Assembly (NCBI GenBank): GCA_964345605.1
Contig: CAYFSA010000005.1
Location: 1-49,765, forward strand
Direction of reading: 5' to 3'
Source: an uncultured Ectothiorhodospiraceae bacterium
Lineage (GTDB): Bacteria > Pseudomonadota > Gammaproteobacteria > CAYFSA01
Length of the DNA: 49,765 nt
Shown here one piece after another: positions 1 to 9,986 of the stretch. The first letter of the stretch is position 1. Each line of letters starts with the position of its first letter. The position numbers were made by a program, and so were the translations under genes. The notes beneath the pieces were generated by a model. That model ran no database searches, had not been told where the DNA came from, and saw only the letters and a list, made by a program, of their open reading frames with translations.

Positions 1-26
1 TTCTAGCGCTCTAGCCAGGTAGCCCC

Positions 27-47
27 GTAGGGTACGCATCGCGTACC
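27..47 (+). repeat. GTAG-family REP-like palindrome
   Basis: GTAG tetranucleotide followed by the perfect hairpin GGTACGC-ATC-GCGTACC, the layout of RAYT-associated REP elements. Confidence 0.6.
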
Positions 48-344
48 GTTTGGCTTATTTACATAATTTTACAAAAACACTACCCAGTCAAAGGCTCGCC
101 GGCAGCCAATATCGCCTGTCTGATGCAATCTTGGCTGGCGTTTCAAAGCGAAGTGTCCCGGCAGCAAACGCATATCCTCGACAACAAAAAGCATTTGCTG
201 CAGACCGTGGTGCGGCAGGCCATCACGCAACTCGCGGTCAGATATTACTGACTTTGACCTGATGAATTTGCTGGCCGAGCTGATGCAGCGCTTGGAAAAG
301 CGCTACGCCGAGCTGCTCGAAGCGCTGGCGCAGGCATTTCCGGA

Positions 345-2159
345 TTAACGATAGCCGTCGCCGGACAAGAACTGATAGCGATTCTTGCCGCTCATTTTCG
401 CCTGGTACATGGCCTGGTCGGCTTGCCGCAAGAGTTGGCTAGCCGAGACTTCCTCCTGTTCTTGGGGATAAAACGCCACCCCGAGACTGGCTGAAACTTG
501 CAGGCCAAGATTGCCAATAAACAAGGGGCTGGCAGCGGCTTCGGCAAGGCGCTTGAGCAGCGGTTCGATCACCTCGGTACTACTCAGATCAGTCAGCAGG
601 GCGACGAACTCGTCACCGCCGAGCCGGGCGATCGTGTCCTGCTCGCGCATGGCCGCCCGCATTCGTGAGGCGATCACCATCAGCAATTGATCGCCCACGT
701 CATGGCCGTAGCTGTCGTTGATCGCCTTGAAGCCATCGAGGTCCAGATACACCACCGCCAACAGCCGTTTCTGCCGGCGCGCCTGACGGATCGCCTGAGA
801 CAAGCGGTCGGCGAGCAGCACCCGGTTGGGCAAACCGGTCAGGGCGTCGAAATGGGCGATATGCTCGAGACGCTCCTGATGCTGCTTTTTCTCTGTGATA
901 TCGGAAAATACCGCAACATAATGCTGCACATGGCCCTGATCATCGTGCACAGCACTGATGGTCAGCATTTCGGCATACAGCTCGCCGTTCTTACGCCGAT
1001 TCCAAACCTCGCCGGTCCAATGCCCCGTCTCGGTTAGCTGCTGCCAGAGCGCGGCATAAAAAGCCGGGCTGTGGCGATCCGATTTGAGGATGCGCGGATT
1101 TTGCCCGACGACTTCCGGTTTCGTATAACCCGTAATCTGCGTAAATGCCGCATTAACATCGATAATTGTGCCGTCTGGCTCAGTAATGACAATACCTTCA
1201 CGAGCATAGGTAAATACATTGGCAGCCAACTGCAGATTCTCTTGCGCTTGTTTGCGCTCGGTAATGTCGCGAAACAGGCCGATGAGATAGGCCTGGCCGT
1301 TCTGTTCAAACAGCGAGGCGGAAACGTCGGCATAAAAGACACGGCCATCCTTGCGCAGCACTGGAATTCCCTGCGCCATCAGGTTCTCGCCGTTGACCTG
1401 GCGCTCGAACTGGGCGAGGATCCAGTCCATCTCCTGACTAGGGTGGATATCCACCACCGTCAGGCCGGTTAGCTCATCGTGCGTGTAGCCGAGCATCTGA
1501 CACATACGGGCATTGGCGTCCAGAAAGCGGTGGCTGCTGGTTTCGGCCAATAAAATGCCATCCAGGGCATTGTCAAACACGGCCCGAAACCGCTGCTCAC
1601 TCTTGCGCATGGCGGCCTCGGAGCGCCAGCGGAAAATGGCACTGCTGATAATATCCGCGAGCAATGCCATGATCTCCAGCGTGGTCGGCGCCCACTGCTG
1701 CGGCTGCGCGAACGCATCGAAGCCGATAAAGCCAATGGTCTGCCCATGCTTGCCCAAGGCAAAGGCGAGCAGCGATTGGATACCCTGCTCCAGCAAACGG
1801 CCTTGCTCCGGTTGCTGGTCGGCGGCCATTGCCTGGACCTGGGGAATGACAAGCCGGCCCTGGGCGGTCAACGCCGCCCGACACCCCGGCAGCAGAGCAG
1901 GCAGCGGCTGACCTGGTGCAACTTCCGACCCTAGCCTGTGCTGGGCTGCCGCAGGCCAGACATAGCTGGCCTCAAGGTGTTCGCCAGCCGCGCTCAGCAG
2001 GATTAAATAGCCGCGCTCGACCCCCAGATAAGCAGTACAGTGCTGCAAGACCCGCTCGATCGCCACCGTCATACTGCTGGCCGGGCGATCCATCATATCG
2101 GCGACAATCGCCTTGATCAGCGACAGATTCTGCTTCGACAGCGACTCGTCCATAGCCAC
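345..2159 (-). CDS. GAF-PAS-PAS-GGDEF diguanylate cyclase
   Basis: 604-aa ORF with an N-terminal GAF-like region, two PAS/PAC domains (NPRILKS...WTGEVWNRRKNGE), DALTGLPNR, DLDGFKAINDSYGH, intact RLGGDEF and an RxxD I-site (REQD). True start is GTG 2159 or ATG 2153. Confidence 0.9.
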   Translation of the reverse strand: MAMDESLSKQNLSLIKAIVADMMDRPASSMTVAIERVLQHCTAYLGVERGYLILLSAAGEHLEASYVWPAAAQHRLGSEVAPGQPLPALLPGCRAALTAQGRLVIPQVQAMAADQQPEQGRLLEQGIQSLLAFALGKHGQTIGFIGFDAFAQPQQWAPTTLEIMALLADIISSAIFRWRSEAAMRKSEQRFRAVFDNALDGILLAETSSHRFLDANARMCQMLGYTHDELTGLTVVDIHPSQEMDWILAQFERQVNGENLMAQGIPVLRKDGRVFYADVSASLFEQNGQAYLIGLFRDITERKQAQENLQLAANVFTYAREGIVITEPDGTIIDVNAAFTQITGYTKPEVVGQNPRILKSDRHSPAFYAALWQQLTETGHWTGEVWNRRKNGELYAEMLTISAVHDDQGHVQHYVAVFSDITEKKQHQERLEHIAHFDALTGLPNRVLLADRLSQAIRQARRQKRLLAVVYLDLDGFKAINDSYGHDVGDQLLMVIASRMRAAMREQDTIARLGGDEFVALLTDLSSTEVIEPLLKRLAEAAASPLFIGNLGLQVSASLGVAFYPQEQEEVSASQLLRQADQAMYQAKMSGKNRYQFLSGDGYR

Positions 2160-2168
2160 CCCGCTCGG

Positions 2169-2648
2169 CTAAACGCCCGGGCCCCGCCCGGCTGGCTCGA
2201 CCTGCAGCTCGGCACTGTGCAGCAGCTCGGCGATCACTTCCCGATTGATCGGATGGTCCTCCACCAACAGAATAGGCGCGTTGCGTTGTTCAGCAGTCAG
2301 GCCAGGCGATGCGGTCTGGGCAGTGCGCTGATCGGCCTGCTGGGGCGGCGCGGCCCGGCGCAGCCAGACATCGAACCAGAAGCGGCTGCCCTGCCCCACC
2401 TCGCTTGCCACGCCAACATCTCCCTCCATCATCTGAGCCAGGCGCCGGGTGATGGTCAGGCCCAGCCCCGTACCCCCATGGCGCCGCGTCGTCGAGGCAT
2501 CACCCTGGGCAAAGGCCTCGAACAGATTCGGTAAACTCTCGGCGGCAATCCCCATTCCCGTATCCTCGACTTCGAACCGCAGCCACAGCCGCTCACCCCG
2601 ACTTTGTAACAGCTTAGCGCGCAACGTGATCTTACCATACTCCGTAAT
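2169..2648 (-). pseudogene. Fragment of a hybrid histidine kinase (C-terminal HATPase_c plus start of a REC domain)
   Basis: VEDTGMGI (G1), F box, GGTGLGL (G2) and GSRFWF are present, then ILLVEDHPINREV. HisKA and the N box are missing, and the REC domain stops after about 30 aa. Confidence 0.75.
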
Positions 2649-2781
2649 GATGCAATCACTCTCATGGCAGCAGTTTGCGTCGCACCGGTTGGGCGGAGCC
2701 GATTTGCTTAACTCACCAGGTTGCTTGGTATACTCTGCTGGCAGGTTTCGCAATTCTTTCATTACTATTGGGGTTTTTAGC

Positions 2782-3147
2782 ATGTCTCGACGGGTCGATT
2801 CACTTCAACACGCCAGTGCCGCCGTGCTGGTGAGCAGCCTCACAGTAACGCTAATGGGACTTGGCGGCTGTGCGAGCACCTCAGAGCAGGCCGGCCGTAT
2901 GTCGCAAGACGAATCCGCGGCAACCGCCGACATGGCCGAGATGGCCACCGGCGTACTCGCCGATGTCACGCAGGATCAGGCCAAACAGGCCTTGGATACT
3001 CTGAAAACAGATATCAAAGCAGCCAATGCCATGGATCAATTCGGCGAACAGCTCGCGGATGCTCAATTCGCCTATAACGAGGGCGATTATGCCGGCGTCA
3101 TGGAAATCATTATGCAAATTCGCAAGCAAATGCGCGGCGGCCAGTAA
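2782..3147 (+). CDS. Hypothetical lipoprotein (121 aa, helical)
   Basis: ATG 2782 within ORF 2449..3147; basic N-terminus, hydrophobic stretch and lipobox LGGC. Confidence 0.7.
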   Translation: MSRRVDSLQHASAAVLVSSLTVTLMGLGGCASTSEQAGRMSQDESAATADMAEMATGVLADVTQDQAKQALDTLKTDIKAANAMDQFGEQLADAQFAYNEGDYAGVMEIIMQIRKQMRGGQ

Positions 3148-3191
3148 CACCGGCTTGCTGCCGGGGCGGGAACGCACAGTAGGTTGCCGCC

Positions 3192-3698
3192 CTATTGCTT
3201 CTCCGGGTCCTCGGACTCTGCAGCGATTAACGCCGACGCGGCCTCATAGCCCAGGCCACTGGCCAATTGCCGCCGGGTGATCTGGTGTACCTGTGAGCGC
3301 GATAGCTGCCGGGGACGATAAAGCAGGCTGTCCAGCAGATAGTACTCTTCGTAGAGAATATCCTCTGGCCGGGGCTGAAAGGCGCTGCCACGTGATATCC
3401 GTGCAATCCGGCCCAGATTCAAGCCCCGGCCATCCTCCAGCAGCAGGACATGCGGATACAGGCGGCGCTGGGGATCGGGCTTGGGAAAATCCACCACCGC
3501 CAGCAGCTCCAGGGGCTCATCTTGAACATGCACGGCAGCATTGACCGCACCGATATGGGCCTCGACGAAATACAGGGCCTCGCCGATCGCGGCCCGCAGC
3601 CAGCCGACATAGCGCTGATAGGCGGGCGAAGGCCAAACCCCGGCAGCGGCATCCGGATGTGCCGCTGCATTAGCTGCGGAATCGGACATAAGCGACAC
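3192..3698 (-). CDS. Hypothetical protein
   Basis: 168-aa ORF with protein-like composition filling the gap between neighbours; no motif recognised; start uncertain. Confidence 0.6.
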   Translation of the reverse strand: MSLMSDSAANAAAHPDAAAGVWPSPAYQRYVGWLRAAIGEALYFVEAHIGAVNAAVHVQDEPLELLAVVDFPKPDPQRRLYPHVLLLEDGRGLNLGRIARISRGSAFQPRPEDILYEEYYLLDSLLYRPRQLSRSQVHQITRRQLASGLGYEAASALIAAESEDPEKQ

Positions 3699-3795
3699 TC
3701 ACATCAAACCAAGATTGTCTTGAGGGTAGCCAGCCATTCGGCACCCTCAACAGAGGCGATTGTTCAACACGAGCCACTCAGTATAAGCACGGCCC

Positions 3796-4011
3796 ATGAC
3801 CATGTTAACGATTGAATTGGACGAAGCGAGCGCAACCGATTTACAGCGTCTGGCGACCCAGCGGCATATGGCGCCTACCGAGCTGGCTACCCAGATGCTG
3901 GTGACCAACATCATGGTCGAGTCTTTCGATGCCGCGCGCAAGCGTTTGCAGCCTTTTGCGGCCAAAGCCGGCTATCATTGCGATGCAGATATATTCAAGG
4001 GGTTTTCATGA
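3796..4011 (+). CDS. RHH/CopG-like antitoxin
   Basis: 71 aa; MLTIELD beta-strand start and a C-terminal LQPFAAKAGYHCDADIF tail typical of PIN-associated antitoxins; ATGA overlap with the next gene. Confidence 0.7.
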   Translation: MTMLTIELDEASATDLQRLATQRHMAPTELATQMLVTNIMVESFDAARKRLQPFAAKAGYHCDADIFKGFS

Positions 4012-4415
4012 AAGTTTATCCGGACACCACGGTTCTGCTGGCGGCGTTTTTTGTCGATGATTTCTCCGCCCAGTGGCTGCGGCGGCTGCTGGCCAGCCCG
4101 CATGAGCTGATTATCGGCGTACCCGTGGCCCGCGATTTTGCCCAGACCGCCCAAACCCGCTTCAACCTTTCCCCGCCGCGCTTTGCCAATGCCCTCAAGG
4201 TGTTGAAGCGTCATCGTTTTGCGCCAGCCACGCGGACCGTGCCCAGCACGATCCCCAATCCCGACGATGCCCCGGTACTCGGTTGTGCGCTGGCAGCCGG
4301 CGTGGATTATTTCATCACCGGCGCCACCGGTTTACTGCAAGCCGAGCAAATCGAGGGGCTGCCGATTCTGTCGCCGCGTGATTCCTGGCCGCTCCTATTC
4401 CCTGACAACCACTAA
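4008..4415 (+). CDS. PIN-domain (VapC-like) toxin, degenerate active site
   Basis: ATG overlaps the antitoxin stop; MKVYPDTTVL...NPDDAPVLGCALAAGVDYFITG...ILSPR matches the PIN_3-type pattern. Confidence 0.75.
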   Translation: MKVYPDTTVLLAAFFVDDFSAQWLRRLLASPHELIIGVPVARDFAQTAQTRFNLSPPRFANALKVLKRHRFAPATRTVPSTIPNPDDAPVLGCALAAGVDYFITGATGLLQAEQIEGLPILSPRDSWPLLFPDNH

Positions 4416-4434
4416 GCCATCAATGAGGCCTTTC

Positions 4435-5265
4435 ATGTATCGCATCATCAGCTTAACGCTTTTGGCCGGTTTGCTCAGCGCCTGCACCAACGTGCAGGAC
4501 ATTACCCAAGGGTTTATCCAAAAGCCCAGTGTCAAGATCGAGGATGTGCAATTCACGCCCCAATCGCTGATGGCAGGCGAGGCCATTGCCGTCCTGGCGA
4601 TCAACAACCCCAATCCGGTCGGTGCCCAGGTAAAGGACATCACTTATCGGCTGGCTTTAGGCGAACGGGACGAGGTGGTCGAAGGCCAGATGGACAGCGG
4701 CATCAAGATCCCGGCCGGTGGCGCGGCCAATGTCGACGTGCCCATTGGGGTGGACATCCACAAAGCCTTCGATTCGGTATTGGAGCTGGCCAATCGCCAG
4801 CGCCTACCCTACCGCCTGAGTGGCGATATCGGTATCGGCCCGACTCGGATTCCCTATAGCCAGTCTGGCGAATTACCTCTGCCACAACTGCCCACGGTCA
4901 GCCTGGATAGCATCGAAGTGGCTGCCATCGGTCTCGGCGGCGCGCGCTTGCTAGTGCATTTGCTAGTCGGCAACCCGAACGATTTTCCGCTGCCGTTGGG
5001 CCAATTGCATTACAACCTGCAATTGGATGACCGCTCGATCGGCCAGGGCGCGGTCGAGCAGACAGAAATGCTCGAGGCGGGCAGCGAAACCCCGGTCGGC
5101 AGCTCGTTGCAGGTCGATTTTCTCTCCGCCGGGCAGGCCCTGATGGGCATTTTACGACAGGACCAGACCGCTTATGCCCTGCAGGGGGAGATGTCAGTCG
5201 GCCAGGGCGATTTAACCAAAGCAGTGCCGTTCGATATTAACGGACAGGTGCCGTTGAAACGCTAA
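4435..5265 (+). CDS. LEA type 2 (WHy) lipoprotein with two WHy domains
   Basis: GAGG RBS, lipobox LSAC, and two NPN motifs (INNPNPV, VGNPNDFPL) in beta-rich repeats. Confidence 0.8.
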   Translation: MYRIISLTLLAGLLSACTNVQDITQGFIQKPSVKIEDVQFTPQSLMAGEAIAVLAINNPNPVGAQVKDITYRLALGERDEVVEGQMDSGIKIPAGGAANVDVPIGVDIHKAFDSVLELANRQRLPYRLSGDIGIGPTRIPYSQSGELPLPQLPTVSLDSIEVAAIGLGGARLLVHLLVGNPNDFPLPLGQLHYNLQLDDRSIGQGAVEQTEMLEAGSETPVGSSLQVDFLSAGQALMGILRQDQTAYALQGEMSVGQGDLTKAVPFDINGQVPLKR

Positions 5266-5286
5266 TGACGCCATGCAGGCATCGGC

Positions 5287-5337
5287 CTGTAGGGCCGGTT
5301 GCAAGCGCCCCGGGGTCGCTTAAAAGCGACCCTACAG
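5287..5337. repeat. REP doublet (REPIN-like) between convergent genes, possible terminator
   Basis: CTGTAGGG...CCCTACAG outer inverted repeat; the right unit reads GTAG-GGTCGCTT-TT-AAGCGACC on the minus strand and the left unit is degenerate. Confidence 0.6.
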
Positions 5338-5383
5338 CGGTTTGTCAGCCATCGACGGGCGTTATTTCGTACCTCGAGCCGAG

Positions 5384-5842
5384 CTAACGCGGTTTGCGCA
5401 GCCCGCGGCGCTGGCTGGATAAGGATGGCGAGGCGGATCTCTTTTCGTTTTTGGCCGGCTCGGTCTTGGCCTTTGGGGCTGGCTTGCTCTGTTCGGCGCG
5501 CTTGCGCAAGCCATCCAGATAAAGCTCGACCAGGGGCAGGGCCAGGAGAAACACGACGATTTCCAGTAGAAACGGCAGCAGGAAGCCGAAAAAGCGGGCA
5601 ATCAGGAAGGCAATGATCGCGGCCGCATAGCGTCGCAGCCAGACCTGCACTCGTACCATCATCCGCGGGCCGCCGATCATCCAAATGACCCCGCGCAGCA
5701 GCGGCTTGGCGACCGCCAGCAACAGCTTGCGCGAAGTCCGTTGCTCAAGCTTAGTTCGCTCCGGGATAACACCATCCTCACTTACGCAGCCGCCTTGTGC
5801 ACTCAGACCAGACAGGATGCTGGGCTGTATACATGGGCTCAA
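5384..5842 (-). CDS. Hypothetical membrane protein with basic C-terminal tail
   Basis: Hydrophobic segment AAAIIAFLIARFFGFLLPFLLEIVVFLLALPLV; the TTG start overlaps the psd-like stop, but the true start is uncertain. Confidence 0.55.
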   Translation of the reverse strand: MSPCIQPSILSGLSAQGGCVSEDGVIPERTKLEQRTSRKLLLAVAKPLLRGVIWMIGGPRMMVRVQVWLRRYAAAIIAFLIARFFGFLLPFLLEIVVFLLALPLVELYLDGLRKRAEQSKPAPKAKTEPAKNEKRSASPSLSSQRRGLRKPR

Positions 5843-6468
5843 GCCCGCAGCAGATCGACGAGCTGATCAACGCCGGCTTGTACCTCCTGGCTGACCACAA
5901 CGCGGACCCGTGCCTCACGCGGCAAATAGACATCGACCAGCCGGCCAAAGCCTACCAAACCGCAGCGCTGGCCCTGCCCCAGGCGCTCGCCGGCAAATTT
6001 ACCGCATTTTACATAGTGCAACGCGGCGGCAACATCGAAGGCGACAATGATATCCTCGTCATAGTCACTGCGCAGCCACATCGCGACATGATTGGCATCG
6101 CCACGCAACCGGGCATTACTCGAGCGTTCGCGCGGCAGCCAGCGCTCGAGTAATTTGGCTTCCACCGGGCTGCGCATACTGAATTCGCCCAGCGAATTTT
6201 GACGCATCAGGATATGCAGCGCCGGACGATCGAGATAGGGATCATGCGCCTCGGTGTCGATGGCCAAAACCGTGCCGTCGACCGGCGCGAGCACCCCTGC
6301 CGGTATAGCCGGAGTATCACGGGGCGACACCCGCAGCAGCCAGAGCATGACCAGGGCCAGCAGCCAGCCTGGCCATGCCCAGAGCAACCCCACCGCGCCA
6401 TGGAGCACGACAGCCAACAGTACTAGGGCCAGTAGGAACCAGCGTGCTTCCGGAGCGACTATCAGCAT
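5839..6468 (-). CDS. Phosphatidylserine decarboxylase-like protein lacking catalytic residues
   Basis: PSD-family layout (TM helices, LAPVDGTV, RSPV, GERLGQGQRCGLVGFGRLVDVYLP), but the FGS cleavage motif reads FGR; located downstream of ilvC. Confidence 0.75.
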   Translation of the reverse strand: MLIVAPEARWFLLALVLLAVVLHGAVGLLWAWPGWLLALVMLWLLRVSPRDTPAIPAGVLAPVDGTVLAIDTEAHDPYLDRPALHILMRQNSLGEFSMRSPVEAKLLERWLPRERSSNARLRGDANHVAMWLRSDYDEDIIVAFDVAAALHYVKCGKFAGERLGQGQRCGLVGFGRLVDVYLPREARVRVVVSQEVQAGVDQLVDLLRA

Positions 6469-6507
6469 GTCTGACGGATGGCTTGGAGCAGCCGCGCAGC
6501 GGCCAGG

Positions 6508-7533
<1,026 letters not shown>

Positions 7534-7571
7534 CTATTCCCGTTTGTTGTCGTTCGCAGAAAAATTAAGGA

Positions 7572-8075
7572 TTAAACCCGCAGCGCCAATTCCCCCCGAG
7601 CGATCCCCATGGCGCCGGAGCGCACCACTTCTTTGATATCGGCCTCGCCAAGCGCCACGAGAAAGGCGTCGAGCTTGTCCCGCGGGCCGGTCAGCTCAAT
7701 GGTAAAGGTGTCCGGGGTCACATCGATGATGCGCCCGCGGAAGATATCCGACAGCCGCTGAACCTCGTTGCGATGATCGTTGGCGGCCCGCACCTTGACC
7801 ATCATCATTTCGCGCTCGATATGGGCATTCTCGGTCAGGTCCATGAGCTTGACCACATCGATCAGCTTATTCAGCTGCTTGGTGATCTGCTCGATGATCT
7901 GCTCGTTGCCGCGGGTCACCAAGGTCATGCGCGACAGGGTCGGATCGTTGGTGGGGGCAACGGTCAGGGATTCAATATTATACCCGCGGGCCGAGAACAA
8001 TCCGGCGATACAGGAGAGCGCGCCGGATTCGTTCTCCACCAGCAAGGATAGGATATGTCTATGCTCTTCAGTCAC
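7572..8075 (-). CDS. ilvN: Acetolactate synthase small (regulatory) subunit, IlvH-type
   Basis: ACT domain ENESGAL...LFSARGYNIESLTV and EQITKQLNKLIDV. Confidence 0.95.
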   Translation of the reverse strand: MTEEHRHILSLLVENESGALSCIAGLFSARGYNIESLTVAPTNDPTLSRMTLVTRGNEQIIEQITKQLNKLIDVVKLMDLTENAHIEREMMMVKVRAANDHRNEVQRLSDIFRGRIIDVTPDTFTIELTGPRDKLDAFLVALGEADIKEVVRSGAMGIARGELALRV

Positions 8076-8079
8076 GGGG

Positions 8080-9768
8080 CTACACCAGGATCATTTCGTT
8101 TTGGCCCGCGCCGGCCGGGACCATGGGGTAAACATTCTCGGTATCGTCGGTGACGAAGTTCATAAACACCAGACGATCGCGCATTGCCAGGGCCTCGCGC
8201 AAGGCCGGCTCGACCTCCTCGGGCTTATCGATATGCATGCCGACATGCCCATAGGCCTGCGCCAGCTTGACGAAGTCCGGCAGTGCCTCGACATAGGAAT
8301 GGGCATAACGGCCCTGATAGAAGAACTCCTGCCACTGGCGCACCATGCCCATATAGCCATTGTTCAGCAGGATCACCTTGATGGGCAGCGAGTACTGATA
8401 GCAGGTTGCCAGCTCCTGAATACACATCTGGATGCTGGCCTCGCCGGTAATGCAGGCCACGGTGGCATCGGGATACGCCATCTGCGCGCCCATGGCCGAA
8501 GGCAGCCCGAAGCCCATGGTGCCGAGCCCGCCGGAATTGATCCAGCGATTGGGTTTGTCGAAGCCGTAGAACTGCGCCGCCCACATCTGATGCTGGCCGA
8601 CATCCGAGCAGACATAGGCATCGCCATTTGTTACCCGATACAAGGTCTCGACTACATGCTGCGGCTTGACCCGTGGACTGTCGCGATCGAACTTCAGGCA
8701 ATTCATGCCCCGCCATTCGTTGATCTTCGTCCACCAGGCGGTGAGCTTCTGCGGATCGGGGCGCTTGTCGGAATCGGCCAGCATGGCCAGCATGGTGCGC
8801 AGGACATGCTCGACCTCACCGACGATGGGCACATCGACCAGCACATTCTTGGAGATCGAGGCCGGGTCGACGTCGATATGGATGATCTTGGCATGCGGGC
8901 AAAATTTTTCGATATTGCCGGTCACCCGGTCATCGAAGCGCGCCCCGACCGCGATCACCAGATCGGCATGGTGCATAGCCATGTTGGCCTCGTAGGTGCC
9001 GTGCATCCCCAGCATGCCAAGGAAATGCCGGTCCGAGGCCGGAAAGCCGCCGAGGCCCATCAGGGTGTTGGTGATGGGAAAGCCGAGCAGGCGGGTCAGC
9101 TCGGTCAGGGAAGCCGCCGCCTTGCCGAGGATCACGCCGCCGCCGGTGTAGAGAATGGGCTGCTCGGCGGCCAGCATGACTTCCAGGGCCCGCTTGATCT
9201 GGCCGGAATGGCCCTTGACCACGGGATTGTAGGAACGCATGTTCACCGTTTCGGGATAGACGAAGCCGGTTTTGGTCGCCGTGACATCCTTGGGGATATC
9301 CACGACTACCGGCCCCGGACGGCCGGTGCTGGCGATATAAAACGCTCGCTTGATGGTCATCGCCAGATTACCGACTTCCTTGACCAGGAAGTTGTGCTTG
9401 ACGCAGGGGCGGGTAATGCCGACCGTATCGACCTCCTGGAAGGCATCGTTGCCGATCAGATTGCTGTTGACCTGCCCGGTCAGTACCACCAGGGGCACCG
9501 AATCCATATAAGCATCAGCGATGCCGGTCACCGCATTGGTCGCCCCCGGCCCGGAGGTAACCAGACAGACCCCGGTGCGCCCGGTGGCATGGGCGAACCC
9601 TTCCGCCGCATGCACTGCCCCTTGTTCATGGCGCACCAGGACATGGGTAATATCTGTTTGCTTGTACAGCTCGTCATAGATATGCAGAACGGCCCCACCC
9701 GGATAGCCGAAGATCACCTCGACTCCCTCGTTGATGAGGCATTGAACCAAGATCTGCGCCCCGGTCAT
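8080..9768 (-). CDS. ilvB: Acetolactate synthase large subunit, IlvI-type
   Basis: FGYPGGAVL, RHEQGA, TSGPGATN, SGGLGTMGFG and a ThDP motif (GEAS...NN). Start taken at MTGAQ; the ORF extends to 9825. Confidence 0.96.
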   Translation of the reverse strand: MTGAQILVQCLINEGVEVIFGYPGGAVLHIYDELYKQTDITHVLVRHEQGAVHAAEGFAHATGRTGVCLVTSGPGATNAVTGIADAYMDSVPLVVLTGQVNSNLIGNDAFQEVDTVGITRPCVKHNFLVKEVGNLAMTIKRAFYIASTGRPGPVVVDIPKDVTATKTGFVYPETVNMRSYNPVVKGHSGQIKRALEVMLAAEQPILYTGGGVILGKAAASLTELTRLLGFPITNTLMGLGGFPASDRHFLGMLGMHGTYEANMAMHHADLVIAVGARFDDRVTGNIEKFCPHAKIIHIDVDPASISKNVLVDVPIVGEVEHVLRTMLAMLADSDKRPDPQKLTAWWTKINEWRGMNCLKFDRDSPRVKPQHVVETLYRVTNGDAYVCSDVGQHQMWAAQFYGFDKPNRWINSGGLGTMGFGLPSAMGAQMAYPDATVACITGEASIQMCIQELATCYQYSLPIKVILLNNGYMGMVRQWQEFFYQGRYAHSYVEALPDFVKLAQAYGHVGMHIDKPEEVEPALREALAMRDRLVFMNFVTDDTENVYPMVPAGAGQNEMILV

Positions 9769-9986
9769 TTCCGGGGCGCGTGTCTCCGGGATTGACGTCA
9801 CCACGAGAACATCACCTGAAATCACATTTGAAGGGACGGCCAGCGGAACAACGGCGAGGCCGACACATCGGCCAAGCGGTCAGTTGGTTGTTCGATAGAC
9901 CCATAGAAACTTGCCATGGTATACGTTGCAGCGCAAAAATGCATCGCCTGCAAGACCACTTCAGTGTAATCGCTGAGCGCGAAACC

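Noticed and set aside
50-262. 70-aa ORF from the track
   Set aside because: TTG start, no RBS and no motif; other frames look more protein-like
7780-9795. 671-aa plus-strand ORF, and similar ones at 6478..7575, 10927..11946 and 18430..19311
   Set aside because: Antisense shadows of ilvB, ilvC, pntB and atpD caused by codon bias; no recognisable domains
9770-9986. Possible ilv attenuator (hairpin GGCCGA-N4-TCGGCC at 9858-9873 and a short upstream ORF)
   Set aside because: The short ORF (MGLSNNQLTAWPMCRP...) is not Ile/Leu/Val-rich and there is no U-tract terminator
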